Source: Candidatus Xenobia bacterium
GTDB lineage: Bacteria > Vulcanimicrobiota > CADAWZ01
Assembly (NCBI GenBank): GCA_031551355.1
Contig: JAVBNT010000003.1
Span: forward strand, 1,520-65,519
Direction of reading: 5' to 3'
DNA length: 64,000 nt
The position numbers were made by a program, and so were the translations under genes. The notes beneath the pieces are model-generated. The model saw only the letters and a program-made list of their open reading frames with translations, did no database searches and was not told the origin of the DNA. This document shows, piece after piece, positions 1-8,951 of the stretch (positions are counted from its first letter, which is position 1; each line of letters starts with the position of its first letter).

Positions 1-879
1 CCCAATCTCGATCTGACCGTAAGGGGAGCCATCAGCATCGGCAGACGGCTGCAAAATCCGCTGGCCGAACTGGTAAAAGTCGATCCCAGGTCAGTCGGAG
101 TCGGCCAGTATCAGCATGATGTGGATCAGAAAAAACTTAAGGAATCACTTGAAAGAGTTGTTCAGATATGCGTAAACAATATCGGCGTTGATATCAATAC
201 CGCATCATACTCCATTCTAACGTATATCTCCGGCCTGGCGTCTAAAGTAGCAAAAAACATCGTCGAGCACAGGGAAACAAACGGATTTTTCAAAAGCCGT
301 GCCGAGCTGAAAAAAGTGAAAGGCGTGGGACCGAAAGTATTTGAACAATGTTCCGGTTTCCTGCGCATCAGGGACGGAAAAAATCCTCTCGACAATACCA
401 GGGTACACCCGGAGTCATATGATATTGTTGCCATGATTGCCAAAGACTACGATATGAAAATATCCGACCTTGTAGGCAATAAATCCATGCTGTCAACAGT
501 CAAAACAAAAAAATACGAATCTGACAACATCGGAGAGCTGGCGCTGAAATCAATCGTCGACGATCTGATACACCCTTCAAGCGATCCCAGAAAAGAATTC
601 CGCAATGTCAAATTCCTTGAAGGCGTAGATAAAATAGAAGATTTAAAAATGGAAATGACAATGGAGGGCAGAGTCACCAACGTCACCAATTTCGGCGCCT
701 TTATCGATATCGGCGTTCACAACGACGGGCTATGCCACATCTCGCAGATGGGAGACCGTTTTATTAAAGACCCTGCGGAAGTCGTCAAAGTCGGCGATGT
801 GGTAAAGGTAAAAGTCATCAATATTGATATTCCGAAAAAAAGAGTATCGCTAAAACTCGTAAATAATCAGAATAAATAA
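1..879 (+). CDS. tex: Tex-like transcription accessory protein, C-terminal part (5' end is outside the window)
   Basis: Frame 1 is open from base 1 (PNLDLTVRGAISIGRRLQNPLAELVKVDPRSVGVGQYQHDV...). It has HhH-like segments and a C-terminal S1 domain (GRVTNVTNFGAFIDIGVHNDGLCHISQM). The track start at 121 is an internal GTG. Confidence 0.8.
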   Translation, partial: PNLDLTVRGAISIGRRLQNPLAELVKVDPRSVGVGQYQHDVDQKKLKESLERVVQICVNNIGVDINTASYSILTYISGLASKVAKNIVEHRETNGFFKSRAELKKVKGVGPKVFEQCSGFLRIRDGKNPLDNTRVHPESYDIVAMIAKDYDMKISDLVGNKSMLSTVKTKKYESDNIGELALKSIVDDLIHPSSDPRKEFRNVKFLEGVDKIEDLKMEMTMEGRVTNVTNFGAFIDIGVHNDGLCHISQMGDRFIKDPAEVVKVGDVVKVKVINIDIPKKRVSLKLVNNQNK

Positions 880-1211
880 AAATATTGTCGCTGAACATAA
901 AATCCGTATCAATTCAGTTATTACCAATCTTTGAAAAGAAGTAGAAGGATGTCATACGGTCCCCGTTTTCACGAGGATAAACTCCGGCGGGTATTCAGAA
1001 ATAAAGCTGAAATAAGTATTATTTTTTTCGGTTACTGTAAAAACCCGATTTTAGTAATTTCTCAAAACGTATAATGGTTTTTCTCCAACAAAAAACTGTC
1101 TTAATGTTAAGCAAAACTATTTTACCGTAATTTGAGCATGTATATGTTTTTAAATATGCTGTTTGTATGAATCCTAAAAAATATTTTGACTTGATATTTA
1201 CGATATGGCCT

Positions 1212-1424
1212 GTTGGTTTGGTTTGCTTGTTTTCTTGCCTTTCGCGGGAGGAATCGGGCACCTTAACTCAGTAAATTCTGATCTGATTCCATCAAAATGC
1301 ATGTTTGAAGCGACAGAGCCGAACGCAGTGAGCGTAGGAGTGAGTTCGCATTTTGTCTCTTGAATTTACTGAGAGTTAAGGTCGATTTCGGAGCGTCTTA
1401 GCAAGAAAACAAGCAAACCAAACC
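1212..1424. mobile_element. MITE-like element, family E (about 210 bp, about 24-bp terminal inverted repeats GGTTTGGTTTGCTTGTTTTCTTGC)
   Basis: The left arm at 1212-1238 is the reverse complement of the right arm at 1401-1424. There is an internal second inverted repeat (ccttaactcagtaaattc / gaatttactgagagttaagg). A second copy in opposite orientation lies at 29515-29724. Confidence 0.75.
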
Positions 1425-1676
1425 GTCTGCGAGACAGGTTGAGCCCATACTATATAAAGAATTATAATCATAGTAATGGTATTGTGGAAATAAAATTATC
1501 GAAAACATTTGCAATACCGGATACATTAGCAAAAATACTTGATTTAAGAAACGATTACCAGCCAATAAACGGCAGGGATTAAAAATAAAAAACTTCCGCC
1601 GCATTTATGAGCAGGGTACGGCAATTTATTGATAGAAATTTGATAATTGATCTTATAAATATTGAGGAGGGGTAAA

Positions 1677-2345
1677 GTGAAGTTATATATTGACTCTGCA
1701 AATACAGAAGAACTCGCTCTTTTGAAAAACGCGCCGTTTTTGAGCGGTGTGACTACCAATCCCAAACTTATTGCCGAGGGAATAGGCAAAAATGAAGTGA
1801 CATGTGATGAGTATTTTGACTACATCCAGAAAATAAGAAGCATAATCAGCGGGGAAATATTTGTTCAGGTAACGTCAGAAAAAAAGCCTGATATTATTGA
1901 TGAAATATCAAAAATAAGAGATAATGTCAAAGGGCCTGTCGTATACAAAATACCGGCAACGGCAGAAGGTTTCCACGCAATATCACTGATGGCAAAGGAA
2001 GGCGTTTCCGTCGCCGCGACAGCCGTGTATACAGCCGCTCAGGCATACCTGGCAATCGCTTCCGGCGCTAAATACGTAATCCCCTATTTTTCAAGGATAG
2101 ATCAGCATGACAAGCAGGGCATTGAGACTATAAGAGAGATTATGGCAATTTCCGGGCCGGAAAAATTGCTGGTTGCCTCAATAAAAACAGAGGCGACACT
2201 GTATTACCTGCTGATGGAAGGCGTAAGGAACTTTACACTCCCCTACCAGTTGTTCAAATACGTAGCCGAATGTGATCTAACGCAGGATTCCATAAAAGAG
2301 TTTTCAGAATTCCTTCATATTACATGGGCTAAAAAGAAAAAATAG
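1677..2345 (+). CDS. Transaldolase family protein (fructose-6-phosphate aldolase / TalC-like)
   Basis: KLYIDSANTEELALL...GVTTNPKLI N-terminus and VYKIPAT (Schiff-base Lys context). About 220 aa, typical of the short transaldolase class. GTG at 1677 follows GAGGAGGGG, whereas the track start at 1662 has no SD. Confidence 0.8.
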   Translation: MKLYIDSANTEELALLKNAPFLSGVTTNPKLIAEGIGKNEVTCDEYFDYIQKIRSIISGEIFVQVTSEKKPDIIDEISKIRDNVKGPVVYKIPATAEGFHAISLMAKEGVSVAATAVYTAAQAYLAIASGAKYVIPYFSRIDQHDKQGIETIREIMAISGPEKLLVASIKTEATLYYLLMEGVRNFTLPYQLFKYVAECDLTQDSIKEFSEFLHITWAKKKK

Positions 2346-2515
2346 AAATAACATAAAATTATTGATTAAAAGATCCGGATTGGTAAACGCCGGGTCTTTT
2401 TTATTAATCGGAAATTTTAAAAACATAATTGCTAACAACATTTTTTTGCGATATACTGTCAAAAGGTTTCATAGAAAAGTTAAGAATAAAATATCCGTAT
2501 ACGGGAGAAGATCAA

Positions 2516-3382
2516 ATGCAAATTTCCGTTCAGAATCTCGGGATGTCATATCCGGGGAAAAAAGACGCTCTTAAAGACATTAATCTGGAAATGCAAAGTC
2601 CCAATATGCTCGGCCTTGTCGGCCCGAATGGCGCCGGTAAAAGCACCTTGATCAAATTGCTGGTTGCCGGATTGTTACAAACTTCAGGCTCCATCCTCCT
2701 TGACGGCAAGCCCCTGACCGAACAGGAAAAAAAGCTTAAATCAATGCTCGGTTATCTACCGCAATCGTTCGGATTGTATGACGAACTTACCGTTTACCAG
2801 TTTCTTGATTATATATGTGCGCTTAAAGGCATCAAAAACAGCAGGGAAGCGATTGAGACGATCATCTCGCAGACCAATCTGCAGGAAAAGAAAAACGCCC
2901 GCATCGGCACGCTGTCGGGAGGACAGCGTCAGAGAGTGGGCATCGCCCAGGCATTAATCGGCAACCCTGAGTTTATCATCCTTGATGAGCCGACAGTTGG
3001 CCTGGACCCCGAAGAACGCATCAATTTCCGCAACCTTTTTTCCCGGACATCACAGAACAAACTGGTACTGCTGTCAACCCATATCATCGAAGACGTCCAG
3101 TCGATCTGCAGCCGCCTGATTGCACTGCACAAAGGGCAAATACTGTTTGACGGTCCGCCGGAAGAGCTGATCATCCCCGCTCAGGGGCACGTCGGCACCT
3201 TTCTCGAACAGGACGGCAAATCAATAGCTGACGGGCTTTGCATAACTTCAAGGATCAATACGGCCAAAGGTGTCTCCTGCCGGATCGTCGCCCAAACGCT
3301 GCCCGATTTCGCCGCACCGGCGGAACCGACGCTTGAAGACGCCTATATGTATCTGCTCAATACCAAAGGAGCAAAAAGCTGA
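2516..3382 (+). CDS. ABC transporter ATP-binding protein
   Basis: Walker A GPNGAGKST, signature LSGGQRQR, Walker B IILDEP. ATG 2516 is preceded by GGGAGAAG. The stop overlaps the next start (TGATG). Confidence 0.9.
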   Translation: MQISVQNLGMSYPGKKDALKDINLEMQSPNMLGLVGPNGAGKSTLIKLLVAGLLQTSGSILLDGKPLTEQEKKLKSMLGYLPQSFGLYDELTVYQFLDYICALKGIKNSREAIETIISQTNLQEKKNARIGTLSGGQRQRVGIAQALIGNPEFIILDEPTVGLDPEERINFRNLFSRTSQNKLVLLSTHIIEDVQSICSRLIALHKGQILFDGPPEELIIPAQGHVGTFLEQDGKSIADGLCITSRINTAKGVSCRIVAQTLPDFAAPAEPTLEDAYMYLLNTKGAKS

Positions 3383-5574
3383 TGAATTTCCTTTACTTTT
3401 TGCACCTGGAAATCAAACGCTGTTTTTTATCACCGGTAACCCGGGTGGTTTCACTGCTGACCGTCTGCGCGCCGCTGGCCGGATACTGGTTCTACAAACC
3501 GGTGGGAATTGTGGGACAATCCATCACCAGGGCCGGCACATACATTGCCAACCCGGTCCTTGCCGGCAGCATCGGCGGCGTGATTTTATTTGCGCTGCTG
3601 ACGCTGTATGAACTAAGCAGAGTCCGGGAAAACAAAATTGACGCCATTACCGACTCAATCGTTTCCCCATTCACGCTCAATACCGCCAAAATTATTTCCC
3701 TGCTGACGGCGGCAACAGTTACCGGTATTCTGACAACGCTTGTTTATCTGCCATACACAATCTACAAAACCGCTTACCTCTTCGATGCCGGCACATATTT
3801 CGGCAGTTTTCTAATCATCTTTACCCCGGTATTGTGGATTGCATGTCTAATGGCAGCTGCTTTTTACCAGATAACGCGGCGGACCGATTTGAGCTTTATA
3901 ATGCTGGCCGCTGTCGCCGCACCCTGCTTCGGAGCGTTTATGAAATATGAGTTCATACTCAAATGGATTAATCCCACCATCGACTTTTTTACCGATATCT
4001 TTTCCAATTCAAGAGTGCTGCGCATCGCCGCCTATAATCGTCTTTTTTGGATTATTGGTCTTAGCGGCCTGCTGTTGCTGTCATTCCTTTGCATGCGTCG
4101 GTACGGCAAAGGAATAATCGGTTCGCTGATTGTCAATCTGAAAAAAATATGGCTGGCACCGCTATCGGCAACCCTTATTTCCGCAGCTGTCTGCCTGTAT
4201 CTATTCCAGCCCTTTGTCAATCACGCACCGATGGAATACAAGTTTCATGAAGAAGGAAACGAAAACATCACTGTTACCTCAACCCATACCCAGGCAAGGC
4301 CTAATATGCTAACCGGGTTTATGCATGGAAAAACAACCATTAATATTGTCAAGGCAGCAGCGGGAGCAAAAAAATGCCTGTTAGAAATCGACTGCGGCTA
4401 TACAGTTCACTATATAACTGCAAACGGTAACAAAATAGATTTCAAAGATCTCAAAAACGATCTATACGTTTCAAAGCAGGTATCCTTTAAACTGCCAGAA
4501 GACGAAAAGGTGGAGTTAATAATAGATTACAGCGGCTATCCGCAAATGCACAGTGCCAGCGCATACCGCTTTTTTGGCAATGAAATCAATGGACGCTATA
4601 TACAACTTTGTCTAACTTCATTTACTCCGCGTTTATCTGCAAAGCACAGCAAAAAAAGAATAATCTCAGCCGATATTATCTTGCCGGCACGAATAACACC
4701 AACAGTTATGTGTGGAAACAGCCATTTAATAAAAGACAATTATGATGGAACCAAAACTTGGCGGCTAAGTTCGGACTACATTCCATTTATAAATCTGTAT
4801 GCATACGATCGCACAATTAGCAGCATCAATACGGCAAATATGTCTATGGACTTTTATTATGCCCATAAAAGCAAACCAGTAATGGAAAAATACAATGTCA
4901 ATGGTACTTTTAAGGAAGCAATCGAATTCTGTGAAAAACATTACGGGGTGTTAAGCAACCTTGACAACAACAAGCTTGTATTGCTGCAAACAGCTGGTTC
5001 AGGCGGTGGAGCTCCTTTTAAGGGAGTATGCACATATGGAGAACTGGCTTTTGCCGAAGATGGCCTCAAGGATACCAACAAAGGCGCCTCCGGCATAGAA
5101 GTTATGGCTCATGAACTCATTCACCAATGGTGGGGACTTAGTGTTGCAATTGAAGAAAATCCCTCCGGACCTTACCCGGAGTGGAGTGCAGAAGGACCGA
5201 CCGTTTTTGCAACGTACAGAATGATGAAGGGAAAATTTGGACCCGAATATGCAAAACGGCATTACACTGATAAATGGGAAAGAGCTATACAGGACAGAAA
5301 CAGAAACTTTTATCACCGCAATCCGCAATACATGGAGAGACTACCTGAAAGATTCTCTTCAAAAATAAAAGAAACGAACACCTCAGTGAATCAATACAGT
5401 CTAATGCCACTGAAAATCCTCAAGGCAGCTGAGCTGTTAGGAGGCGAGGAAAAAATGGATCAGGTAATGGCAAAAATTTACAAAACAAAAACAGAGTCTG
5501 ACGACCCTTACCTGTCATATGAAGAATTCTTATCTGCATGCGGCCTTTCAAAGGAGGATCTGAAAATTGATTAA
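3382..5574 (+). CDS. Fusion protein: N-terminal polytopic ABC-2-like permease domain + C-terminal M1-type (gluzincin) zinc metallopeptidase domain
   Basis: The first ~270 aa are hydrophobic helices. The C-terminal part carries HELIHQWWG followed 18 residues later by E (HEXXH-X18-E). It is translationally coupled to the ATPase. Confidence 0.8.
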   Translation: MNFLYFLHLEIKRCFLSPVTRVVSLLTVCAPLAGYWFYKPVGIVGQSITRAGTYIANPVLAGSIGGVILFALLTLYELSRVRENKIDAITDSIVSPFTLNTAKIISLLTAATVTGILTTLVYLPYTIYKTAYLFDAGTYFGSFLIIFTPVLWIACLMAAAFYQITRRTDLSFIMLAAVAAPCFGAFMKYEFILKWINPTIDFFTDIFSNSRVLRIAAYNRLFWIIGLSGLLLLSFLCMRRYGKGIIGSLIVNLKKIWLAPLSATLISAAVCLYLFQPFVNHAPMEYKFHEEGNENITVTSTHTQARPNMLTGFMHGKTTINIVKAAAGAKKCLLEIDCGYTVHYITANGNKIDFKDLKNDLYVSKQVSFKLPEDEKVELIIDYSGYPQMHSASAYRFFGNEINGRYIQLCLTSFTPRLSAKHSKKRIISADIILPARITPTVMCGNSHLIKDNYDGTKTWRLSSDYIPFINLYAYDRTISSINTANMSMDFYYAHKSKPVMEKYNVNGTFKEAIEFCEKHYGVLSNLDNNKLVLLQTAGSGGGAPFKGVCTYGELAFAEDGLKDTNKGASGIEVMAHELIHQWWGLSVAIEENPSGPYPEWSAEGPTVFATYRMMKGKFGPEYAKRHYTDKWERAIQDRNRNFYHRNPQYMERLPERFSSKIKETNTSVNQYSLMPLKILKAAELLGGEEKMDQVMAKIYKTKTESDDPYLSYEEFLSACGLSKEDLKID

Positions 5575-6280
5575 ATTATTTTTCTATGAACTGCGGCGGT
5601 TGCTTTTAAACAAATTTTTTATCGGCCTTTTGTTTATCGCCGGATTCTTCTCCTACTACGTTTTAAGCGGTGAAGTGATACTCGGCGTCGGTTATACGGC
5701 GCCTTTTTCCGGCTGGAGTTACGGCTGGTTTTTGTCTCAAATACTGCCGCTGCTGATGATTGCGTTGCTCTTCCTGGTGTCCTTCCTGTTTACAAAACAG
5801 GAAAAACAGGTGCAGACGATCATTGCCGCAACGCCGGTTAACCCGGCGGCATATCTGCTCACCAGATGCCTGGCGATGCTGACCGGGCTTGCCGTTATCA
5901 CCGCCGTAATCATTGCCGAGAGCCTGATTTTTTATAAAATACTGTTCCGCTTCACAAGCTTCGGCGACTTCCTGATGCCGGTAATAGTCACCATCATACC
6001 GGCTACATTATTAACCCTGGGAACCGGACTTATAGCCGGGAGGCTCAATCTAAATGTGCTATACTGCCTGATGCTGCTGTTACTTTTTGTCAACCCCATG
6101 CATATCGACATCTTCGGCAGCAATTTTTATTCCAGCTACCCTGCCTCTCTGACAGTAAATGATCCGCCGTTCATTCTGCCGGTATCTTTTTTAACGGGAA
6201 GAGTCATATTTGCCGCGGCCGGAATAATTCTTACAGCGGCGGGGATAATTCTTTATACAAAAAACGGGCAGAAATCATAA
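5567..6280 (+). CDS. ABC-2-type permease-like integral membrane protein
   Basis: 237 aa, about 6 hydrophobic helices. TTG start 8 nt after AAGGAGGA. Overlaps the stop of the previous gene. Confidence 0.7.
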   Translation: MIKLFFYELRRLLLNKFFIGLLFIAGFFSYYVLSGEVILGVGYTAPFSGWSYGWFLSQILPLLMIALLFLVSFLFTKQEKQVQTIIAATPVNPAAYLLTRCLAMLTGLAVITAVIIAESLIFYKILFRFTSFGDFLMPVIVTIIPATLLTLGTGLIAGRLNLNVLYCLMLLLLFVNPMHIDIFGSNFYSSYPASLTVNDPPFILPVSFLTGRVIFAAAGIILTAAGIILYTKNGQKS

Positions 6281-6345
6281 GTAAAAATCGCACAACCTAA
6301 CCTGAAATATAAATACTGCCTCTAAAATCACCGGAGCAACCGCCA

Positions 6346-8526
6346 ATGAATTTTCTTTATTTTTTACGCCTGGAAATCAAACGCTGTTTTTTGTCACCGG
6401 CAACATGGGTGGTGGCGATGCTGACGATATGCGCCCCGCTGGCCGGATACTGGTTTTATAAAGCAGTTGTGTTCGCCAGCAGAGCCGGCACATATATCGC
6501 CAATCCTGTGATGGCCGGCAGTATCGGCGGTGTGATTTTATTTTCACTCCTGACATTGTATGAACTCAGCAGAATCCAAGAAAATAAAATTAACGCCATC
6601 ACCGACTCAATCGTTTCCCCATTCACGCTTAATGCCGTCAAAATCACCTCCCTGCTGACGGCGGCAACCGTTACCGGCATTTTGACAACGCTTGTTTACC
6701 TGCCATATACAATCTACAAAACAGATTATCTCTTCGATGCCGGCACTTATTTCGGCAGTTTTTTGATAATATTTCTTCCGGCGTTATGGATTGCATGTCT
6801 TTTTTCCGCAGTTTTTTATCAGATAACGGAGCGAACCGATTTAAGCTTTATACTGCTGGCCGCCTGCGCCGCTCCTTGTTTTGGGAAATTTATGGCCCCT
6901 GAATTTATTCTTAGATGGATAAACCCGATTACAATTTATTTCAACGATATTTTTTCCAATTCAAATGTATTGAGACTTGCGGCTTACAACAGAATCTTTT
7001 GGTTGCTACTATTAACAGGAACACTTTTGTTGTCTTTTCTATGCCTGCGCAGGTATGGCAAAGGACTTACAGACTCATTCATCATTAACATTCGATATTG
7101 GCGGATACCGCTCATATCATCGCTGTTATTAGCTTCCGGTCTCTGCATTTACATATTCCAGCCCTTTGTAAACCACTCCGGTTCAGACACAGAAGTCCGC
7201 AGGGCAAAAAATGAAGGCATCACAATTCTTTCAACTTACACATATGCCAAACCAAATCCAATTACCGGTATTCAATATGGAAAAACGACAATCAAACTGG
7301 CAAGAAAATCATCTGAGCCGCGAACATGCAAGTTCTCAATCGACTGCGGATATAAAGTAAGTTCTATTACCGCAGATGGCAAATCCATCTCCTTCGCCGA
7401 CCTGAACGATGATTACATTCTATGGAAACAAATTTCGCTGGCTCTTCCCAGGGGGAAGTTTACAGAACTGGTAATTACCTATAGCGGCTATCCGCAAATA
7501 TGGAAAAAATCAATGCCGAATATACTGGCAAATGAAATAAACAACCGGTTTATACAGCTTCCCGGCGGCTCTTTCAGCCCGATATTTAATGCCGATAAGG
7601 ACAAAAAAATTTCTCAGACAGCGGACATCGTGCTTCCCGGCCATATGATTCCGGTCACAACAACTGGTGATGTAAAGTTACTGCAAAGCAATAAAGACAG
7701 CACAAAAACATGGCATCTTGATTTCAAAAGCCATGACAGAATCAGGGTATATGCCGCCGATTATTTACATCAAAAAATTAATTCCCGGGGAATGTCGGTA
7801 GAATTTTATTACGGCCGCAGAAGTAAACCGGTTATGGACAAGTATCGCCTTGCAGAAACACTGAAAGAAGTTTTTGATTATTGCTCAAAACAATACGGCC
7901 CCATAGAATACACCAAAAACAATACGCTGATTTTATTGCAGGAGTCATCACTGGGAGGCGGAGCCGATAAAGGGATAAGTTTTTTCGGAGAGATAACATT
8001 TTCAGAAGACAGCCTAAAAGACCCTAAGCGCGGAGCTTCGGGAATGGAAGTTATGGCTCATGAAATCGCCCATCAGTGGTGGGGACTGGGGGTTGTATTT
8101 GAAGGAGCATACGGGGGCAGTAACAATTATGAGTGGACCTCTGAAGGATTCACAGTCTTTACTACTTACAGAATGATGAAGGAGAAATTTGGAGCCGATT
8201 ATGCAAAAAAATACTATATCGACGTGTGGAAAAAAGAATTAAAAAACAGAAACAGGGACTTCTACTACCGCCGGCCGGAATACTTAGATATATTGCCGGA
8301 ACGGTTTTCCTCAAAAATAAAATCTCAAAGCTGGGGTGTCGATGAATACTGCGTTATGCCGCTTAAAATTCTCAAAGCGGCGGAACTTATCGGCGGCGAA
8401 GACAAGATGGACGGGATAATGGCTAAACTTTATCAAATGAAGGCTAATCAGGAAGACTCCTTCCTGAGTTATGACGAATTTCTATCTGCATGCCACCTTA
8501 CGGATAAAGATCTTGAGTTGAAATAA
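6346..8526 (+). CDS. Second permease + M1-type metallopeptidase fusion (paralog of 3382-5574)
   Basis: The N-terminus MNFLYFLRLEIKRCFLSP is nearly identical to the paralog's. HEIAHQWWG...YEWTSEG zinc motif. Colinear similarity over the whole length. Confidence 0.8.
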   Translation: MNFLYFLRLEIKRCFLSPATWVVAMLTICAPLAGYWFYKAVVFASRAGTYIANPVMAGSIGGVILFSLLTLYELSRIQENKINAITDSIVSPFTLNAVKITSLLTAATVTGILTTLVYLPYTIYKTDYLFDAGTYFGSFLIIFLPALWIACLFSAVFYQITERTDLSFILLAACAAPCFGKFMAPEFILRWINPITIYFNDIFSNSNVLRLAAYNRIFWLLLLTGTLLLSFLCLRRYGKGLTDSFIINIRYWRIPLISSLLLASGLCIYIFQPFVNHSGSDTEVRRAKNEGITILSTYTYAKPNPITGIQYGKTTIKLARKSSEPRTCKFSIDCGYKVSSITADGKSISFADLNDDYILWKQISLALPRGKFTELVITYSGYPQIWKKSMPNILANEINNRFIQLPGGSFSPIFNADKDKKISQTADIVLPGHMIPVTTTGDVKLLQSNKDSTKTWHLDFKSHDRIRVYAADYLHQKINSRGMSVEFYYGRRSKPVMDKYRLAETLKEVFDYCSKQYGPIEYTKNNTLILLQESSLGGGADKGISFFGEITFSEDSLKDPKRGASGMEVMAHEIAHQWWGLGVVFEGAYGGSNNYEWTSEGFTVFTTYRMMKEKFGADYAKKYYIDVWKKELKNRNRDFYYRRPEYLDILPERFSSKIKSQSWGVDEYCVMPLKILKAAELIGGEDKMDGIMAKLYQMKANQEDSFLSYDEFLSACHLTDKDLELK

Positions 8527-8532
8527 AGAGAT

Positions 8533-8606
8533 GCGGAAACCACCCCGACGCTCCGCGTCACCCCTCCGGAGGAGGGGAATTCATTAAAATCAAAATCAAT
8601 TCAAAC
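8533..8606. repeat. Family A repeat, 'head' module (GCGGAAACCACCCCG.CGCTCCGCG.CACCCCTCC...GGAGGGGAATTCATTAAAATC..AATCAATTCAAAC)
   Basis: The same module recurs at 10463, 34349, 34708 and 34870. It contains the short hairpin CCCCTCC/GGAGGGG. Here it is separated from its hairpin module (8825-8951) by about 220 bp of other repeat fragments: a family B fragment at 8627-8690 and the hairpin ccctctccc-gcaa-ggggagaggg near 8715. Confidence 0.7.
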
Positions 8607-8824
8607 ATTCTATTGATAAAAAATATGAGGCACTCAATTGCGTCTATAGGCTAAGGCAAGCCGGATTTTAACGAGTAAACTCTACTGTAATCAGAACCAT
8701 TCACCCCGGCCCTCTCCCGCAAGGGGAGAGGGAGAAAAGATAATGGTATAAATCTTTTCAACTCTATTGAAAAAATTAATTCAAAAAGATAGAAGTTCCG
8801 ATAAAATACATACATTATAAAGAT

Positions 8825-8951
8825 AAAATCAATTGAAACGGGCGGAGATGCTAAGTCAAAGACAAATTCTACGAGCGAGGCGTAGTCATCTCTACGGTAA
8901 GCGAGAGAATTTGTCTGCGACGACGCAGATTCGCCCGTTTCAATTGATTTT
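8825..8951. repeat. Family A long palindromic element (hairpin module)
   Basis: TCAATTGAAACGGGCG...GACAAATTCTACGAGCGAGGCGTAG // CTACGGTAAGCGAGAGAATTTGTC...CGCCCGTTTCAATTGA is a nearly perfect ~55-bp-arm inverted repeat. Copies at 10520-10646, 30236-30369 and 34349-35047. Confidence 0.85.

Noticed and set aside
2362-2574. ORF 2362-2574, and the long N-terminal extensions of several track ORFs (starts at 2429, 1662, 19412, 26028, 36179, 44180, 45654, 48881, 51856, 56231, 60421).
   Set aside because: Internal starts preceded by good SD sequences give N-termini typical of the families, or clean signal peptides. The extensions are unconserved-looking and often cover promoter or terminator DNA.
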